This document shows, one piece after another, positions 22,059 to 34,900 of a stretch of 64,000 bases of DNA. Source of the stretch: Takakia lepidozioides (taxonomy: Eukaryota > Plantae > Bryophyta); contig CM060734.1 of the NCBI GenBank assembly GCA_030704615.1, positions 8,494,001-8,558,000 of the forward strand, read 5' to 3'. Below the pieces are notes generated by a model. That model saw only the letters and a program-made list of their open reading frames with translations, did no database searches and was not told where the DNA came from. The position numbers were made by a program, and so were the translations under genes. Position 1 is the first letter of the stretch. Each line of letters begins with the position of its first letter.

Positions 22059-25000
22059 GTTCATAAAGGAGTGGCTGGAGGACATTTTGGAGAAGAGACT
22101 ACCAGTAGGAAGATACTACTTGCAGGTTACTGGTGGCCTACTTTGTTCAAGGATGTACACAAGTATTGTCAGAGTTGTGATGAATGTCAGAGGCTGGGAC
22201 CCTTGCAGAGATCTGGGAAGATGGCTTTGCATCCTACGATGCCTACTGAACCATTTCAGAAATGGGGACTAGACTTTGTCGGACCAATTAACCCACCGGC
22301 CAAGAATACACAGAACAAGTATATAATTACAGCCACTGATTATACTACGAAGTGGGTGGAAGCTAAAGCTCTGAGGGACAACACAGCTAAGTCCACAGCA
22401 AGGTTCCTGTATGAGAACATACTTACACGATTTGGCTGTCCCTTGGAATTTATCAGTGACCAGGGAAGTCACGTCATTAATGAGACCATTGAACTATTGA
22501 CTAAAGAGTTCATGATTGTGCATAGGAAGAGTACAACGTATTACCCGCAGGGTAATGGGCAGGCAGAGGCTACCAACAAAATACTATGTACTATCTTGGC
22601 TAAGATAGTCAATGCAAACAGAACGGATTGGGATACAAAGCTGCTGACAGCTTTGTGGTCATACAAGACTTCATATAAAGTCACCACTAAGTATACACCA
22701 TTCCAATTAGTTTATGATATGGAAGCTTTACTTCCAGTGGAATTCTTGTTACCTACCATGAGAACGGAATGGGGAAAGAGAATGGAATTGGAAGATTCAA
22801 TTAAGGTCAGGAAACATGAATTATACCATGTGGAAGAAGTACGTGCTGATGCAGCTGATAACATGACCAGAATTCAGATGAAGAGGAAGGAATAATTTGA
22901 CGAAGGCAAATTAAAGACTTTTAAGACGGGGGATTTGGTTCTCTGGTTGCAGAAGAAGGGGAAAATTAAAGCTTCTAAGCTTAAATCACCATGGAAAGGA
23001 CCTTATGTCATACAGAAGATGTATGATAACAACACCGCCATGTTACAAACCATTAACAAAGAGATGCTGGGAAGAGTCAATGCCAATAAGTTGAAGGGGT
23101 ACAGTGGTATCCATGACAAACCATTGCAGCACGATTTGCATGTTGAAACGCAAAAGCAGTCACGGGCTGCGCCAGTGATACCAACGGAGTATGAAGCACT
23201 TGTTGCTAAGCTGAGCGTATATGACCAGGGCGGGCAGTACAAGCGTGACACAACCTATCACAGCCCATCACAGTGTCACACAACCTATCACAGCCCATCA
23301 CAGTGTCACGCAGCCTATCACAGCCCATCACTGTGTCACACAGCCTATCACAGCCCATCACAGTGTCACACAGCCTATCACAGCCCATCACAGCGTGACA
23401 CAACCTATCACAGCCCATCACAGTGCCACACAACCTATCACAGCTCAACACAGCCTACCGGGGTTACACAGTCCATAGGATTAGTGACCGGTGTACGTGG
23501 GTTAACATCCGGAGAGTGGCCGGCGGAAAAGTGGACGGAGGCAGGTTTAGAAATGGACACGTGGATGCCAGGGCGAGACACACAACCGGACATGAATTGC
23601 AAGAACGGGTGTCATCAAGAAAGAAGACAAAATTGGCCGTCAAAGTACCTACCCGGCACGTTTATTAAAATTTATTGTGGGCCCATTAATGCATACATGA
23701 AAAGGGTAACGGAACCCATTGCAAGTACAGAAAAGCAAAATCCTTGTCACATAGGCTATCCTAATGGACAGTCCAGGGGGGAAAATCCACGGAAGGGAAT
23801 TAAATTACAAAATCAATCACAGAGCCAACAGCCAATCATAAGCCAGAATTACCTGCAGAGGGAATTTTCCAAGAAGCAAGATCAAGAATTTAGAGGAATT
23901 CTGAGAGTCGGCGTCGTTCCAAGTAACGGGCGTCTCGACGGGAGAGACAATCAAAGCTATAGCTTTGAAGCTATGGCGGAAATAACAGACTACACACTCG
24001 CATTACTACTTACGCAGTGGCACAAGGACGGACGAACGGAGAGTACCTTTTCTCTAGATCGATACTTGCAAGCCCCACAGGCTTACAAGCACTTACCCAT
24101 TTCATTCTACGCCAACCATACTTTTATGTTTTGTGCCCTGCAGGCGTTTCTTCAGTTGTTACAACCAAAACCTTTCTGTTTGTCTAGAATGAAGAGAGTG
24201 AGAGGAATGGAGGATATCAGGGTGAAGAGTACCACAATCTTACAGAAGCAAACGATTGCTACACCACAGGCGGTGCAGCTACTGAAGGAGCTGCGATTGG
24301 AGGGATTGCTACGCAAGGACTGGTCCTTGCATCATCGGCAGTTCATGATACAATTTCTTCAGAACTTTGAGCCTCGGACGGGAGTTACTCAAGTGAGGGG
24401 AGTAGATATAGAAATTACTCCCCAGTACCTGCAGCAATTGTTTGATTTGCCATCAGGACATGTGGATGTGGATAAGCACAGGGCAAGATTGCAAATAGGG
24501 AATTTGTTCCAAGAAGGGAGTTTCTTTAAAACTCAAGGCTACGCTTGTACCAAAGCCGAGTACCCAGGGCTTAGGGAAGTTGGCCAAATATTGAACGTTC
24601 TGTTTGCCATGAAACAGAACCAACAGTATTTGAGCAGGTCATTCACAGATCCTGAAAGCTTTAAGGGGAGAGGATGTCGCTTGGGCGGAGTTAATGTACA
24701 ACGGATTGGTGGACGAGATGAAGAGGTTACAGGGCACTGCTGCTAAGTCTACGATCATTGTGTCCGGTCCAGTCATTGCCCAAATAATTCTTGATTCTTG
24801 CATACTTGATACTCGGGAACGTAAGGAGATATGAGTGTTTGAGGCAGAAACCACTGCAATTGAAGAGCAAGGCTCTTCACACAGTGAGGGTGGACTGGCA
24901 GCGCAACACCAGTCTAAGAGACAGAGGCGGGGTATGACTGTAGTGGCGGATCCACTGGCTTCACGGAAACTGCACGATAATGTTTCCCAAGCTCTTGTGC

Positions 25001-26977
25001 AGGATGGGGCACAGCAGCACAGAGAGCTGCTATTATTGGAAGCAGGGCCTTCAGAGAGGGAAGAGGAAGTCACTTCGATACCACAGCCACCACAACCAAT
25101 TGACTCTGTTGTTTTAGAGGTTCCACAGTTAGTATATGTTGTGGCATCACCCCCAATTGCTCTGGAAGGAGAAAGGTTGGACATTCCCACTACAGAGCAG
25201 GTCGTGGCCGAAATTGAGAAGGGTGACCTTCTCTATGAAAATTCTGGCTTGGTAAGGGAAACAGTGGTTCCAGAGAGGCAGCAGTTGTCTAGGGGAAACC
25301 CTGCTGTGCATGTAATACCCACACCTGTGACGGAGGTACCAGGGGTAGAATATCAAGACACTGCAGCACCTGTGGCGGATGAGGTGGTTCAGGAAGAAAA
25401 TCTGGTGGGGCAATGGCCTGATGGTTCGTGAGGCATCACACTATTGAGGATCAGGGAGAACAACAGCAAGCTCACCATGATGACCCTCAGCAGGCCATGC
25501 TTATGAGTTCCATAAGCAGAACACTTAATTTGTTGGGCACTTATGTGAACTCCCATGTTCCATCTACCCAATTGGCAGCTTTGAGGGAGGAACTCAGGAA
25601 GGAGTTTGAGGCTCGACTTGCCACTGAGTGTGCTAACAAGGTCGATGAGGAGGTCAATCTCAAGTTACAGCAAGAGTTAGAGGATACAAAAGCTGCTTGC
25701 AGTTGGCCAAGGAACATTTGATTGAAGCAGGCCTCGGGCAGGACCAGTTGCACGAAGCACATAAACAACAGTTATACCAAATGCAGGTGAAGCATGAGGG
25801 CAAGTTGCAAGAAGTGAATGCACTACATATAGAGTTGCAGGCAGTACATGAGAGGATGACCATACAATGTGCTACACTCACAACTACTCTTGAGCAAACT
25901 GCATTAGAAGTTAACAGACAAGGGGAGAGATGTATGAAGGCAGAGGCAGAGAATGTCGAGCAAGCGAAACTCATTGTTGATATGAAGAATACAATCTGTC
26001 GTAATGAGAATACTTTCAAGCAATACAGACAGGTTGAAGCTGACCAAAAGAGGTACATCCTGGAATTGCAACAAACGGTCATGGTAAATAGAAATGAACT
26101 CTCTGTGGCTAACAAGGCTTGGAAAGAAGCCAATAATCTGGCTGCTGCCTATGCGAGTTTGGTTGAACCTCATGCAAAGCGCATGGAGGCTTTACAGCAG
26201 CAGTTAGATGTGTACAGGCTCACAGAGGAGCAGATTCTCAGGGGTGTCACCACAACTTGGTGGATAACCACCTTATGCAGGTCTAGTTAGCACAAGGGCC
26301 GGTGGAAGGCAAAGCACCACGGAAGCTCACCTAGGGCAAGATGAATGAGCTCAGACTGCAGGTGCAGAACATTGCCACAACTACTATAGACAATGTCTAT
26401 AGTAGGATAGCGGAGCTACAGGAGGATGTAGAAGGCCTGCAGACTCAGGTGAATGACCTGAGTTCAAATATTGACAAGAGAGTCTTTATACCTAAGGAGC
26501 AGCTGATGGCTACTTATTTACAGGCCAAAACTCTAATTTTTCAGTCTTCTTCGCAAGGGGTGCAGGAGATGCCAGTGGTAGAAGGGCCAGTGCTACCAAT
26601 ACCACAACAAGTGACTGTGCAGGTAGCTGACCCTGTTGTTACTACAGCCACACCACAGCCTGAGGTATGGGGGGATGCTGCTTTTAACCCACCTAAGACT
26701 CCTGCTGCACGAGAATACAGTCGGGCTATGATTATGCCCTTCAACCAAATTCCCATTGTGTTGGATTTGGCTTGGAAGGAATTTAGTCCTCCGCAGTCGT
26801 TGGCACATTACTACCAAATCATGCGCATTTGGCTGCCAGTGGCAACTAGGACTAAGGTTCTTCCGAACAATCGACCCATTGAGGATCATCACTTTGCGAG
26901 GTACTGGTCTGAAGCAAGTACCATGTTAAAGGAATTAAGTGCCTTCCAAGTTGTACATGGATACATTTATACCAAGA
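22059..26977 (+). pseudogene. pol: Family A (copy A2): integrase, linker and accessory ORF
   Basis: HKGVAGGHFG...CDECQR (HHCC), WGLDFVGP, ISDQGSH, GQAEATNK (DDE), WKGPY; one TAA at 22893, then an open frame 22896-24646 running into MKRVRGMEDIRVKS. Confidence 0.9.
23248..23455 (+). repeat. 30-bp coding tandem repeat (about 7 copies; T[T/A]YHSPSQCH)
   Basis: cacarcctatcacagcccatcacagtgtca repeated; degenerate counterpart at ~52000-52312 (minus). Confidence 0.95.
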
Positions 26978-28498
26978 TCATCGATCTCCAAAACTCAATC
27001 AGAGTGGAGTGCTATAATGAGCATAATCAGAACTTTATAGACAACACCAGCTCAAAGGGTATTCCAAAAGGCTAGTTTGATAAGTTAAACCAGACCCTAC
27101 GTATTTTGAAAAAGCCCAACAAGACCACTGCTTGGTATTCTTCCAAGTCAAGTACAGCTTGGTACTTTCCAAATTAACATGGTAAAACTGAACCTGTTTC
27201 AAATTCAAAGGATGGTTCCAATGGCATCGCTTGGCAACCTTAAAACAGGTGCTATGTAATCTAAAAAGCCCATCACGCCAGCTGCTTGGTAATCTCCAAG
27301 TTAAAACAGTGTAACGAGGGCTGTTTTAAATTTAGAACTCTGACCTCAATGTCCAAAAAGTACCGCTTGGTACTTACCGTGTTAAATCAGCATAAGAAGG
27401 CCTATCTTAAGCATCATTGGATAGCCTTATAAGGTCTGGAGATGGTACTCCAGCACCATATCAAAATGCAGCCGAAGCTCAGACTCGCATCGTGCCAGAA
27501 AACTGATTTACAATCAGGTTGAAAACCCCACTAATATGGTGCCAAAGTTCAGACTGGTATCATACCAGAAAACTGACTTATAATCAGGTTACAACCCATA
27601 AAAACAAAAAAGCATTAAGGTTGAGAGGCCGAATCTGCCCACTGAAGCAGTTTGTAGCATCAATCGTCACCATCGCCAAGTCCTTTGATCATCTGCAAAC
27701 TGAAAAAAATACACATCAAGTGAAGACCCTCACCTGTGCCCGTCCCAAAAACCACCACATCAAGATGTGTGTTAGTGAGGATGCACGAGGTGAGTAACAT
27801 GTCTTCACAGTTGCTATCCATGTCCAACATGCATTCTATAGTGAGCAAATTGATCAAAAGTAAAACATAGACGCGACACCACAAAGAAATTTAATCATTT
27901 GTGGAGTGGGACGCTGCGGCATTCAACACCTGAATCTCAAGAGATCACAGCAGAATGCAACAAATCGGGATACTTGAGGACAAATTGCATATATTACAAA
28001 GTGCATGATACTTCCCCCATCACCTTATGAGCGCTGCTGCTTCATGAATAAGAAATATTGCAGGCAAACACAACAGTAGGTCATTTGCCAGTGCGGGAAA
28101 TGGAAGGGTCTGCCGCCATCGCGCAAGAAAAAACAAAATGCACGCGGATCTCAGCTCAGCCCCCATCGCCATCCTCCAGAGAAAACAAGCACGAGTATCG
28201 TGTCGTGCCTAGGGCAGAGAGGCGGTTAGCAAACCATCCCGTGATTTCATCCACTGGGATGAAATCTTGCACTTCATTAGAGTTACATCCTCTTAGGTTT
28301 ACATCCGTTAGGGTAACATCCAGGATGGATGTAATCCATCATGGATGAAAAAATGTAGGCTACATCCTTAGTGGTAAAGCTCAAGACAATAATTCATCCA
28401 GTTAGGGATTATACCTGGCATATTTTCCATCCGGTATGGATGAAATTCAAAACATATTCCATTAGGGATTAGAAAGAAGGTATTTCCAAACCAAGTAG
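26977..28498 (-). repeat. Repeat X, inverted copy spanning the end-to-start junction
   Basis: Reverse complement of ~38699-40223. Confidence 0.95.
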
Positions 28499-29571
28499 TG
28501 TCGAACGGCTTTTACTCACCCATCCCTTCGCTATCCGAGGTGGAAATTCCAAGATAGAAGAGTTGGATATCTCTAAGCACTCAGCCCGCTCAGTACAATC
28601 AGTCATGACCTGCAGCTAGTGAATCATGGTTGTGCTTCCCATTTGTATTCCTTTTTGCCTTCATGTTATCAATTTACCGTATCTGATACTAAAGCATCAG
28701 ATTGCTTCAGTATCTTCTTAGTTCCAGTTAATCTTGCATTCATTTCACAACTTCACTCATGTCTCTCTACACAGTGTGCTTGTATCGAATAAGTATCAGA
28801 TTACGATTTATCAGGTACTAGGCCAATGTGAAAGTGACTCTAATCCGCCCTACAGTATCACTACAGCTCTGCATGAAATGAACCTCCATCAAGTCATCAT
28901 CTCCTCTTATGTGTAATCATCATCCCTGTGCTCCAAGATCGTGCCCTCCCTCTGACCTTTCCCCCGATGTCTAAGAAGTGATCCAAGAAGTGATCCCCCA
29001 GAAGTCCCCGCTCTTCGCTTTATCTACCTCCAAGCTGTTCCAACCACCTTGCTAACTAACCATCACCCCTGAAGTAACATATTCCCTTTGCAGATGTCGT
29101 TCCCACACAGTCATTCCCTATCCATGTTAACCGTTCCCCCTGTACTGTGACAACTGTGCAAAACTGCGTTCGGCTGTGTGAAGCTGTGACGGGCTGTGGC
29201 TGGCTGTGTCAGGCTGTGTCGGGCTGTGACTGGCTGTGATTGGCTGTGACGGACTGTGATTGGCTGTGACGGATTGTGACGGACTGTGATGACTGTGACG
29301 GGCTGTAACTGGCTGTGTCGGCTGTGTCGGGCTGTATCGGGCTATGTTGGCTGTGGCGGCTGTGACTGACTGTGTCGGGCTGTGTTGGCTGTGACGGCTG
29401 TGTCGGGCTGTGTAAAGCTGTGGCGGGCTATGTCGGGCTGTGTAACCCCCCCCCCCCCCTAAAGCCTGCTGCTGCCACCCCTAAGGCTCCTGTTGGTCTC
29501 AGTCTGTGTAAAAATTAAGGGTACCCCACAGAACCTGTAAAAGCGTTAAAGTCCCAAGCAGCCCTCTAACA
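28499..29571 (-). repeat. Family A 3' LTR (inverted), GCTGTG-rich tract at ~29145-29443
   Basis: Reads tgtcgaacgg...ctctaaca on plus; PPT complement cccctccccctctc immediately right; near-identical to 45809-46310. Confidence 0.95.
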
Positions 29572-29603
29572 TTTACCCCTCCCCCTCTCAAAAAGCCGTG
29601 TCC

Positions 29604-30358
29604 TCACGGTTTACTGTTTAGGATTAGCAAACCTTTGTGATCGAACACCCTTCTGACGGTGAGAGTTTCGTGAAGGACTTCGTGTGCGAGCCCGAGGCCT
29701 GTCACTGGTTGACGGAGATGATTGAGCACTACTTGGAAATGTCTATCCCTCCTTTGGCTGATAACGAGGTAACCTCTCAGGCATAGGAGACCCCCGTCGT
29801 TTCTTCTCTGCCATCTGAATGGCATAGTCCTCTGCCATGTCAAAAGAGTCCGCTGAAGAAACAGTAGTATCAGAATCCTCATCGTCCCTCAGGTGTTTTA
29901 ACGGCCGAACTTTAAATGGAATCCTCTGTGGCATACAATGTTGTCCAACCATATCTAGAAGTTTAAATTGCACAACTTGTTGCAAGCGCTGGCACGCAAA
30001 ATTAGTGAACGTCCTGAACTCCTTATCTGTACAGGTAAGAGGTGTGCCAATGACTTGGGAACAGTGCAAGTATTTCCATGCCTCATGTCCCTTAAATAAA
30101 ATATCGTCAGGGCCGAATTTCTGTGTTGTCAAATTGTTCCAAGCCAAATGAAACCATGAACGAAGATGGGAATCCTTCTGCATCATAACTTTTGCATCAT
30201 ATAGGTACATATGAGGTGGCACTGAAGGTAAGACCCAATGATCCCCACTGGAATAACTCAGAAATTGCGATTGCACGTACCCACACGTCCGGATCGTCAA
30301 GGTTGAGGACTTGAGCAGTGTCCCAACGAATGGCTGCAGGCAAATCCGGCTCTCGGCC
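29604..30358 (-). pseudogene. C-terminal part of the family A accessory ORF (inverted)
   Basis: ORFs 29743..30369 and 29604..29882 (SYSSGDHWVLPS...DDEDSDTTVSS...LNSKP-stop) match 47778-48430. Confidence 0.9.
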
Positions 30359-30446
30359 GGAGGTAGCAAGTATTGTCATGGGCTGTGGATTATACTATGC
30401 TGCTTGTTTTCTGGCATGTTATCACATTGAGCAGCAGAAGATGCAA
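30359..30446 (+). mobile_element. 88-bp sense fragment of the accessory ORF (EVASIVMGC...QQKMQ)
   Basis: Reverse complement of ~48438-48526; directly continues the ORF that breaks at 26977. Confidence 0.85.
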
Positions 30447-31944
30447 CACCTCCAACTCATTCTTAAAGGCTCAAGTGTTTATACTGATCTGGTATGTACC
30501 AAAGGTGGTGTTTGTCCCGATTGTTTTATAAGAAAAACAAGACTCCTTCGATGATGAATGACATCTAAATCTAGGGTGATGGTTGTCTTGGAAATCCCAC
30601 CCTCCCACCCTAATGTTTCATGTGTTTTCAGGAAGATGACATGAGTTTTTATCAGGTAAGATACTGCCTATGGAAGGTGAAGTTAGATAGTGCCTTGTTA
30701 TGAGGCTGATTTGTCGTTAATTTGACAAAGACCTTGTTTGGTCTTGTCCATGTCCCGACAAGACATAGTATCTTCCCTCTCTATTCTTGACCAGTGTACT
30801 TAGTGGTTTCTGTACACACTCTCTCTCTCTCTCACCTGCCATTTTCCAGTTTTCTTACTATGATGTACTAACACCTTTAATGGCTTTTGCAGAGGTCTAG
30901 GAAAGCCATGGGGTATCAGCCCCCTATACCTCCATTACAATAGTGTGGAGCAACAAATCCCTCATAAGGTATATGATCCTCTCCAACAAAAATTTGTTGG
31001 CGGATTGGACAACGAAAGAAAGGCATTGCTAATATTACTTGAAGAACATCTAAGGGTTTCTTGCATACTGATATTATGAGCTAGGCCCGGGTAAAACAGC
31101 CTGTTAGAGTATGTGTGTACACCTTCTACATGATCCGGTCAATGCACATTACTCCTGTTAACTGGTAACCTGTAGTTGATGCCTTATGTCAGCATCAGAT
31201 CCCTTATGATGAAAAGCCTTCCCTACTCATGGGCTTTAATACTTCTCCTGGATGTGGGTTTGCTCTTTATAGCACCACTAAAAAAATGCCCAGGTGTAAC
31301 GTGATATGTCATTTTTCATACCTTGAGGAAATATGGTTTTAAAACCATAAAGCTCGTTGATATGGTGAAAAGATGGGCAGCAGATTGCTGCCAATGTTCT
31401 TATTCACATGTTCATGTTGTGAATCACGGGCAGTAGACTACTGCCACTGGCTGAAGAACACGAGTTCTTATTCATACCTTTGGAAAAACGGTTCTAACCA
31501 TAAAGTTGGCTGATATGGTGGAAAAATGTGCATTAATTTACTGCCATCGGTTGAAGAACACCTGTAATTTCTGAACTCTTGCGTGCCCAGCTATATGAAT
31601 GTTTTGTCCATATTTTCTCTTGACTTGGGAAGCAGAGACTGTAGCTTTTTAACCAAAGATAAAACTACATCGCACGGAGATCCTTCCTTGGTCTCTACTT
31701 CTTTACAAGAGCTTGTTGACAAGATAAGAGGTAACATGGAAAACGCATGACTCTATATTCTTGCCAAGTTTGATTTATGATATGCCAATGTTCACTCGTG
31801 ATCTGAGGGCAGAGAGAATGTAGACCTTTTATCTTTTTGGTATTCAAGTCCAAGGATAGAACTACATTGTAGAGGGAGAGCCTTATGAGAATGGGTCTGG
31901 TATGCACTCCCTTACGGGGTGAGCGCATACCACACTCACTCCAT
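30442..31944 (+). repeat. Repeat X, partial copy
   Basis: Matches ~19953-21450. Confidence 0.95.
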
Positions 31945-34900
31945 TTGGAGGAATTTCCTCATCCGACCACAAATGTTCTTCGCTCAAGTCAGCAGACTCT
32001 TCATCGGAGCCGATTGCGCCACTGAGCTTATCCTCATCCGTAATGACATGAGGTGCCCTTGAAAGAAATGCAACAGTAGTAATGTAAGGTGTTACCCCGT
32101 AAGTGATGGTGTGTGCCCCCAGTCCGTTCGTGCTCGAGACTGGACCAACCATGGCCTCCCCAATAGGAGGGCGTAAGAATATTTGTCGATGGGAAAGTCA
32201 ATGATTTGAAAGTCCACCGCATACGTGTAGCCACCCATCTTCATTTTGACGTTCGCTATGTGGCCCACTGGCTTGATCCTCCGTTGATCGGCCATCCTGA
32301 TAGTCAAGGGGGATTCCCTTGTCATGTGCAATCCTAACTTGGACAAGGTGGAGAGAGGCATGATGTTTACCAAACTCCCGCCATCCACTAAACATCGTCG
32401 GATAATGCAGTCAACGATCTTTACTTCAATCTCGACTGGTCCCGGATCAACTTGCGCGCTGATATGATGAGATTGGGCTGAATGTCCAATCCTTTTCTTC
32501 ACTAATGAAGCCTTGAGTGCATGCCAGATTGTTGGCACCATAGTAATGTGTTGGGCAAGAGTAATGTTTGCCTGAATGTGGCGCAGATCCTCCAGTAGAT
32601 TGTATGGCTCTAGCTCGTCGGCGAACCGCATGGTCGAGGATGTTCTTCTTTTGGGCAACCCTGCCGATATTGCCGGTTGAAATGCCAAAACCTTTGGTCT
32701 TGCCGCGGGTGGAAGGGAGGGCGTTGATTTCACCACTAAGGGGTCTGCTTCTGCAAATGCCACCTCCTTCTCCTTCGGTCGTATGTTGTCTTCTTCGCGA
32801 AGCACTGTCGTTGCTACCTTCTGCGTATTAGACTTCATCATGGCAAAATCTAAATCGTCCTGCTCCAAGGCAGAGGACGTGGACTCAGGCACCACATACC
32901 CAGGTCCTTTACCTAGCGTATCTCTTTGTTGCTTGGTCATAACTGCATAGCTATCTTTCTTGGGGCTAGCTTGTATGGTTAGAGTAGCCCTCGGCTCACT
33001 CGCAATCCAATTCACCTTATGTTGCGTCTCCGGTTGGCGCACCGCTTGGTTTTGTACGTTGGTCTGTTGCTGCAGGGGCGCCGCCAAAGTCGACACCTGA
33101 TGTTCTTCCTGCACCCTTACATCTTGAGAGAGAGACCATATGTTAGAAGATCACTGGGCTATCTGAGCCGCAAGATTGGAGAATGCTCCTCGGGACACTT
33201 GCTCGGTAGCTGCATTGCCTCTGGAATATGATGGGCCTACTTGATCTGATCTAGGCTATTGGGCAATGTGTGTTGGCGTAGCAAAATGCCTGCTAGGCTG
33301 CAGTGGCACAGAAGTTGGTTGAACAGTCGTACACTGATCTGAAAAAAGAGCCCCTTGCCTATCTAGATTTCTCTCCACTTGTTGTTGAGTGGCAGGTGTA
33401 GGTCGGTCCACTTGCCTGCAGGGACATTTGTCAAATGAGTGACCTTGTCTACCACAATGACGACATACAATGGTTTTCCAACATTCTTCTATTCGGTGGG
33501 TCGTTCTCCCACATTTCTGACGATTTCTCTGATCACAAGACCGGTTGTTCTGATCCTTTTGCCTACCCTGATAGTTTGGGTTTTGGCTTACCTGCCTTTT
33601 CCGAATGGGATACAATGTTGAGAAGCGTGACCTGACGTGTTGCATTTGGAATACCAGACCTTTGCCGGATTGGGCCCCGATTCTTCCATTGGGAACGCGT
33701 CTCGATAGTCAACATAGTTGGTGATCTGTTGACCAATGGAACTCATGCGATCAGTCATAGAACATGAGGATCCCTAAACTCCAAAGGCACCTTAAGCGAT
33801 TGGGGAAGAGGGTTATGCACCATCACCACCCGGCTAAGTTGCGGTGTAGGTTGGGCTCACTGAACCGCCTACCCGACTGCGGTTAGTGCAGGGGGTCCGT
33901 GGTCGTACATGGTGGCTATGATCACTATCTAAGTCCTACCGGCAAAGAGAAATCACGTACTCCTCTTCACAGGGCGAGTTTGCGTTTCTAAGTCCTACGG
34001 TATCCTACAATCTACTCAGTAACTGCCTTCCAAGTCTTTGTGTTTTATTGTCTAATTCCTACCGCCTATGCCCCCGAGCCGCCTATAGCCGGAACATGTT
34101 TTAATCCCTTCACAAGGCACCTGCCGAGCCTAGGAAGAAGAGGGAAAATCTTCCTCTCCCAATGCCCCTCCTTCACCGAGTGCTTAAGTTCAAGTCATCT
34201 CTGATGGAAGGGCCAACGCTTCCTACCCCAGTGCCTAAAATACTTTGTCTTAACAAATGAGTGGCCAAAATACCTATCATAATCCAATAGGTTCACCAAG
34301 TTCAATAAGGTGGTTCTAAGCCCCTCAACTCAATAAGTTCAATCAGTTTAATCAACGCCCTTCAGGCTATAACGTGCACCACGTGCATCTATCCTATTTG
34401 AGCAATTTCGCAAATCAGAAATGTTGGAAAATAAAAGAAATTAAGAAAATCAGGAAAAATACCTCCCCTATGGGAAATCATGTGGGGAATCCAAAGATAC
34501 CCTTGGCCCCTAAAGATGCCATTGGGAACCCTGTGGGAACCCAATGAGAACCGAGGAACACCACGGCAGTTCCCTACCGCGAGGAACTGCCGCGGCCCTA
34601 TCGGATGAATGAATCTCGCTAAGAGCTCATCCCTGCCACTACATTCGTTAGTCCAGAACATGCATGCGTAAATAATAAAATAACCACTGGTGGGTCCAAG
34701 CCAGATTTCACCCCTTTACATTATTTTAAGTGCGCTTTCCCTACGTGGAAAAAGTCATCCTCTATCTTAGGCTCTGACACAAAGGCGCATTGTAGCCGAG
34801 TTTTTAGGACAGAGTACTTTCTCTCCTCCCTTGTCTCTCGAGGTCTCCGCCTCTAGCTCACTGCTCACAGGCCCGCTTGGCTCTCTCTTGGAGTCATAAG

